Source: Paraspadella gotoi
Lineage: Eukaryota; Animalia; Chaetognatha
DNA: 64,000 bases
Reading direction: 5' to 3'
Assembly: GCA_051294375.1 (NCBI GenBank)
Contig: CM119267.1
Coordinates: forward strand, 5,006,619 to 5,070,618
A model generated the notes under the pieces. That model was given only the letters and a program-made list of their open reading frames with translations, was not told the origin of the DNA and searched no databases. How positions within the stretch are numbered: the first letter of the stretch is position 1; each line of letters begins with the position of its first letter. Position numbers and translations under genes: made by a program. Below, in pieces: positions 58,819-64,000 of the stretch.

Positions 58819-61292
58819 TCTCCTCTCTCTCTCCCCTCTACTCCTCACTCCCGCCCAACCTCCTTTCTTCTCTTCGTGTCCTTTTCGAGAAGTCATCATT
58901 TTTTTTTGCGCGCCGCGGAGAAAAAATCCCATTTGCATATCGTCAATTCGGCAGGTTTTTTTTTACACGAGTAAATACGAAAAGAATTTTTTTTTATTAA
59001 AAACTAACCTGTAGGAGGCGGAGAATTGGGGAGGTTTTAAAAAAAAAACTACGATTGTTTACGGAAGTGTTGGTCGGTTTTCAATCTGTTCAAATTTAGA
59101 TTCGAAAAGAGATTTTCAAATGGATATATTGTCTATTGTTATGATGAGGATGGCAAGGCATGAAACTAAATTATTATAAACAGTTTTTTGGAAAATAAAT
59201 AAATTTCCTTATATGCGCAGAAATCTCATAATTAAACTTATTCTAATGTTGATACCGTCAGTATTTTATATTCTCCATTGCTAATCTTACCGTCCGAATA
59301 CAGTCTTCGAGACAATGCGTCATTTTGAATCATTGCTAATTGATTGATGTTTCTTTTTTTTCATCGGCGCGACTGGAAAAAAAAATTGCACAAATTGAAA
59401 ATGAAAAAAAAACTTAGCAGCAAACATTTTCTCTTGACTTTTCACACTAAAACTATTAAATGATTACATATAAAATACGCATTTTAGTTTTCATAATTAA
59501 AATTGCAACATCCGGAGGTCGCACTGATAAAAGAAAATACAGATCACTTCAACAAGCCGAAGGCCTTTCCTGATCGGCTCTTCTTATCTTTCGTCTCTTT
59601 AAACTTTTCTTTCTCTCGTCTGCTGCTCTCGTCTCTCCTTCTCTCTCTGCGGTCTCTCTTCTCTGCTCTTCCCTCGTCGTCTCTCTTCGCTCTCCCTCTC
59701 TCATCTCTCCTCTCGTCTCACAATGACTTGCTCATTTCCTCTGGCCCTCTCTCCTCGCTTCCTTAAGCCGCCACTTTTTACCGCCCCTTTATCCGCCCAC
59801 GCCACCGTTTCGACTGCCGCCGAGAAAAACAAAGTTTGTGAGGGGATGGAAATCTAAAGTACAAATCACGAAAACTGTGGCCTTTTTTCTCAGAAGGCGA
59901 GGCAGGCGGATCAGAAAGTTAGGTCAGACGGCTCCCCGCGCCAGCCGCCGCGCGCTCTCTCGATCTTCTATCTCTCTGCTCTCTCTCGTCGGATTCGGTC
60001 GGTGCGTCGGTCTCATGCTTCTCTCGTGCTCCGTCTTAGCAATTTTCGTCGTTAAGAAGATGGAGAGAGAAAGATACTGAAAAGAGAGAGAGAGAGAGAG
60101 ATGGAGTCGGCCCCCGGGGGTAGATATGGTTCTCGCTCCGTGATGTGCCAACTCAGTGTGCGATCATTGACGCTTCTTGACTGTTAACTGAACATTGATG
60201 GCGAAAGATTGAAAAGGACTTGGGGCCTCGCTGTTTGTCGAGTAATTCTGTTGAATGGAGGAGAGAGCGGGAGAGATTGAGCATTTGTGAGANNNNNNNN
60301 NNNNNNNNNNNNNNNNNCTGTATATAGGATTTTTTTAAAAAACTATCCCTATAACTCTTCTCCTCTCTTCTCTCGCAATTCTCTACTCACTCTCTCTCTC
60401 GTCTCTATCTCTCTCTCTCTCTCTCTCCTCTCTCTCTCATCGAGTCCTCTCTCTCCCTCTATCTCTCTATCCTCTTTACGAACGCGATGAAGATTCTCGC
60501 TCGGTCGGAGATAAAGAAATATCCTTCCTTCTCCGGAAAGAAAACGTCCACAGACGAACCCATTGATTTAACTAACTAAAGTCTCTCTCCCTCTGCTGTC
60601 CCCTGTTCTCTCTTTCTCTCTCATCATCCTCTCTATCTCTCTTCTCCTCTTTCTCCTCTCTCTCTTTCTCTCCTCTCTCTCATCTCTCCTCTCTCTCTCT
60701 CGTCTTTGACCATCGTATTCTACACCCTTCTGATAAGTGACAAAAAAAGATTTCATCGCCTCGAGTCTCTCCAGTGACGTCGTGCGAGAAAAAAAATATA
60801 ATACTACGCCGAACAAAGGCAGAGGACCCAGAGACACGAGAGAAAGAGAGATAGAGAAGAGCAGAGAAGAGAGAGGAAGAGGGGAGGAGAGAAGAGAGAG
60901 AGAGAGAGAGAGAAGAGAGAGAGAGTAGAAGGAGAGAGAGAGAAGGAGAGAATGAGAAGGAGAGAGAGGAGAAGGAGAGAGAAAAAGGAGAAAGAATAAC
61001 GAAGAGGGGCGGGGTTAGGAGAGAGGAGGGGGGTTTTGTCCAAATCCAAGGTTAAAAATGAAAGGAATTTTTGTTGTAATATTTTTTAAAAATAATATAC
61101 TACACGTAATAATATCATCGCAGGAAAACTTCAGACCCTGCACACCAGTGAAAAATCGGAATCAAAAGAAAATCGCCCCAAAGAAAAATCGGAAATCAAC
61201 TGAATCGTGAATGGTCCGAGATGGGGTGAAACCGTCCATCGACAATCACTATTGCAGAAAACTAATGGAAAATGTCAAAAATATAAATATAA

Positions 61293-61388
61293 CCTGTTCC
61301 AAAGTCAGCGAGGACAAGAAGTAGCTTATTTTTTTATAATGAATGGAAATAAATTTTTTTTAAATATTGTTGTAACCAATTTCATATA
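61293..61388 (-). repeat. Short dispersed repeat, copy 4 (diverged)
   Basis: cctgttccaaagtca...aatgaatggaaa...atattgttgtaaccaatttcatata matches the reverse complement of the 45092 copy. Confidence 0.55.
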
Positions 61389-62840
61389 GAATACCTTAAA
61401 ATAAAATATTTATTATCCCTACACAGAAAAAACAAATTAGTCTGCGAACATCAAGAAAGCGGGTTAGTTCCTAGTCCATTCCCTTGACTTTAAATTCCCT
61501 TGCTTCTCAACGTCTTTTTTTTTTTATAAAAAAAACCTGCTCGTTCATTTGGCTTTTAGCCCTGCATGATTTCCTTATTCTTTTTACGCCCTTACTTATT
61601 CGCAAACCCTCACCCTCCTCCTCTCTTCCCTTCCATCTATCCATATACCTTCTCGGACCCTCGTTTCAAAAAACTCACATTACTCTTCGAAAAATCGCAG
61701 GAAGCGGTCAGGTCAGTCGTAGATGTCGTCGCTGTCACGTCTGTCCGCGGTTGTCAGGCCGTTCGTTCAGTTCAAATTTTTCTCGTCTTTTCCTCTTCTC
61801 TGGGGAATCAAAGAACTTGGCGGTCAGTTGCAATGGCAAATGTCCTACTTCATCCTGCTTCTTTCTTTCTTTCTTTTTTCTTTCTATTCTTTCTTATACT
61901 TCTTTCTTTCTTTCTTTTCCTTTTTTTTTATCTTCTTTCTTTCATTATTCTTTTTCTTTTTTTTTTTTCTTATCCATCTTATTCCTGTTCTTTATAATTC
62001 GTTATATCCTTTTTCCTTTTTTTCATTTCCCAATCTATTTTTTCCTCTCAAATTATTTACTAGTCTTCCTTTCCTTTATTTTCTTTTCTCCTTTTCTTTA
62101 TAACAGAAAAACAAACAAAACTGTCTCGTGGATAACAGAACAATTAGCAATTAACAATTAACAATTAACCAACAATTAACAATCAATAATAAACTTTTTT
62201 TTTGCCGATAGAGAAAAAAAGATGCGTTAATGATGATTTTGTCGAATTATGATGGAAACTTTGAAAGATGTGACATAGATGTTACATAGATGTTACATAG
62301 ATGTTACATAGATTATGTCATTGTTGTACCTTCGATGGTTTAGTCTTTATACTTTCTTTTTTTATCGTCTTTTTCTTCGCTTCTCTCACAAAACGGAAAA
62401 ATTGATTAAAAGGTCAGACGTAGCATCGAGGGAATTTTCACATAAGCGAGATCTGTGAGGATCGGTAGGTCAGAGTGGTGAATAGGGTAGAGTGAGAGTG
62501 AGAGTGAGAGTGAGACAGGTTCGGGATAGATTATCCTGTGAATCGGGTGGTCAGTAGAAAAACATGACCCTGAATGAAAAAAAGGGCAAGAATCCGAATG
62601 TGTTTAAGATTTAAAGATTAAAAAATTTAAGATTTAACTATGCTTCGTTGTATTCCGCTGTATTTGATTCGCGACGTAGAATAACATTCTGAGTCACGTG
62701 ACGCGTGATTCTCTCGGCTCCATTTTCTGTGAAGACGTGACACTTTCTGCGGACGACATTTTCTCTCACGCTGCGTCGACGTCGATTTGTCGTCGCAAGA
62801 AAAAAATCTCTTTCTTTCGTTCCGTGACTCTTTTGCCTTA

Positions 62841-62841
62841 T

Positions 62842-62924
<83 letters not shown>

Positions 62925-62990
62925 ATATTTCTTTCTTTCTTTCATTCTTTTTTTTCTTTCTATCTTTCTATTTTTCTTTCTTTCTTTCTA
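62841..62990. repeat. (TTTC)n microsatellite
   Basis: Seen directly. Confidence 0.9.
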
Positions 62991-64000
62991 TCTTTTTTTT
63001 TAAATATGTTTTTCCCACTTTATTTTTTTCTTTCTAAGAAATAAAAAAAATGTATATTGCAAGCATAAAAAAATTATAAGACGTATATATCGAGAATAGC
63101 AAATGTACTAAAAAAATATTTTTGAATTTAACCAGAGAAAAACTGAAAAAGGGGAGCAAAAAAAGAAAAAGAGCATGAGAAGCTTTTAACCTGATAGGTA
63201 GTAGGTAGTAGGTGAGAAGGAGCAACAGGAGCAACTAGCTTGAGCAACAGGAGCAAAGTTGACGAAGGCGAAATATCTCTCTTCCTTTTCTTGTTTCACT
63301 TCCTGGAGCGAAAGGCGACCAGAACNNNNNNNNNNGATGGCCACGCCAGGAATTTAGAAGCGTGGGTTTTTTGTTTGGTCGTTGCCGCAAAAAAAAAGGG
63401 GAGGGGTTGAATGGAGGTCAACGTGAGACGGTTTGGAGGAAAGGAAAGAGATGGTGAGCGGAGGAAAGAGATGGGAAGAGATTGTCAGAGGTTTACTTTA
63501 GGTGTTTGGAAGAAAGGAAAGTGATGGTAAGCAAAGAAAAGAGATGGGACGAAAGATGGTTGGAGATTATAATGGTTGATTTGATAAGGAGGAGACAATA
63601 GATGATTCGATGGGAAGACAGATGGTCGGAGATGACAAGAGATTCTTTGAAAGAGAGATGAAAGGGACGGCTGGAAGTGTCGTGCCATAACGAATCACGA
63701 TATCGTGGCAACGCGAGGATGGCATGTTGCCACTTCATCGTTATTAGGACGAGACTTCGAACTCCCAGCGTCGACAGCGTCCTTGCCAGCGAAAGAAAGA
63801 AAGTAAGTTAAGGCTTTTGGGGGCGGCGATTGGTAAGGTTAAGAGGGTCTCCATGGCGACGAGAATGAGAGGATCGCCGTGAGAAAATGGGGGGCGTCAA
63901 AGTGGGCGGGCCGAGGGTAAGCGGAATCTGGAGCATCGAGGGTGAAGAAAAGGGTAAGGACTAAGGAAAGCGATGGAGGAGGGGGTAAGGGATTGTGGCG

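Overview
AT-rich, microsatellite-dense eukaryotic (probably invertebrate animal) scaffold with many N-gaps; nearly all ORF-track entries are translations of (AG)n/(GAC)n/poly-purine repeats. Two spliced genes can be built by hand, both on the + strand. (1) A 4-exon gene, join(7836-7905,8144-8434,9312-9523,9815-9961), encoding a 239-aa secreted, cysteine-rich precursor: signal peptide, then two related Cys domains separated by an acidic RR...KR linker. I recognise no family for it, and it is the best novelty candidate. (2) A 3-exon calponin-homology gene of the transgelin/MP20/myophilin family, join(49474-49573,49856-50064,50418-50516), 135 aa, lacking the C-terminal calponin repeat. An intact tRNA-Asp(GTC) and a deleted tRNA-Ala(AGC) pseudogene lie just upstream of gene 1. 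Positions ~10074-41424 are one ~10.6-kb block present in about 3 copies plus scrambled fragments, bounded by 25-N gaps and differing mostly by 1-bp indels, so most likely a gap-filling artefact. The window also holds HINE/DINE-1-like elements, a MITE-like element with telomere-like internal repeats, a short dispersed repeat, and 28-bp and 45-bp minisatellites.
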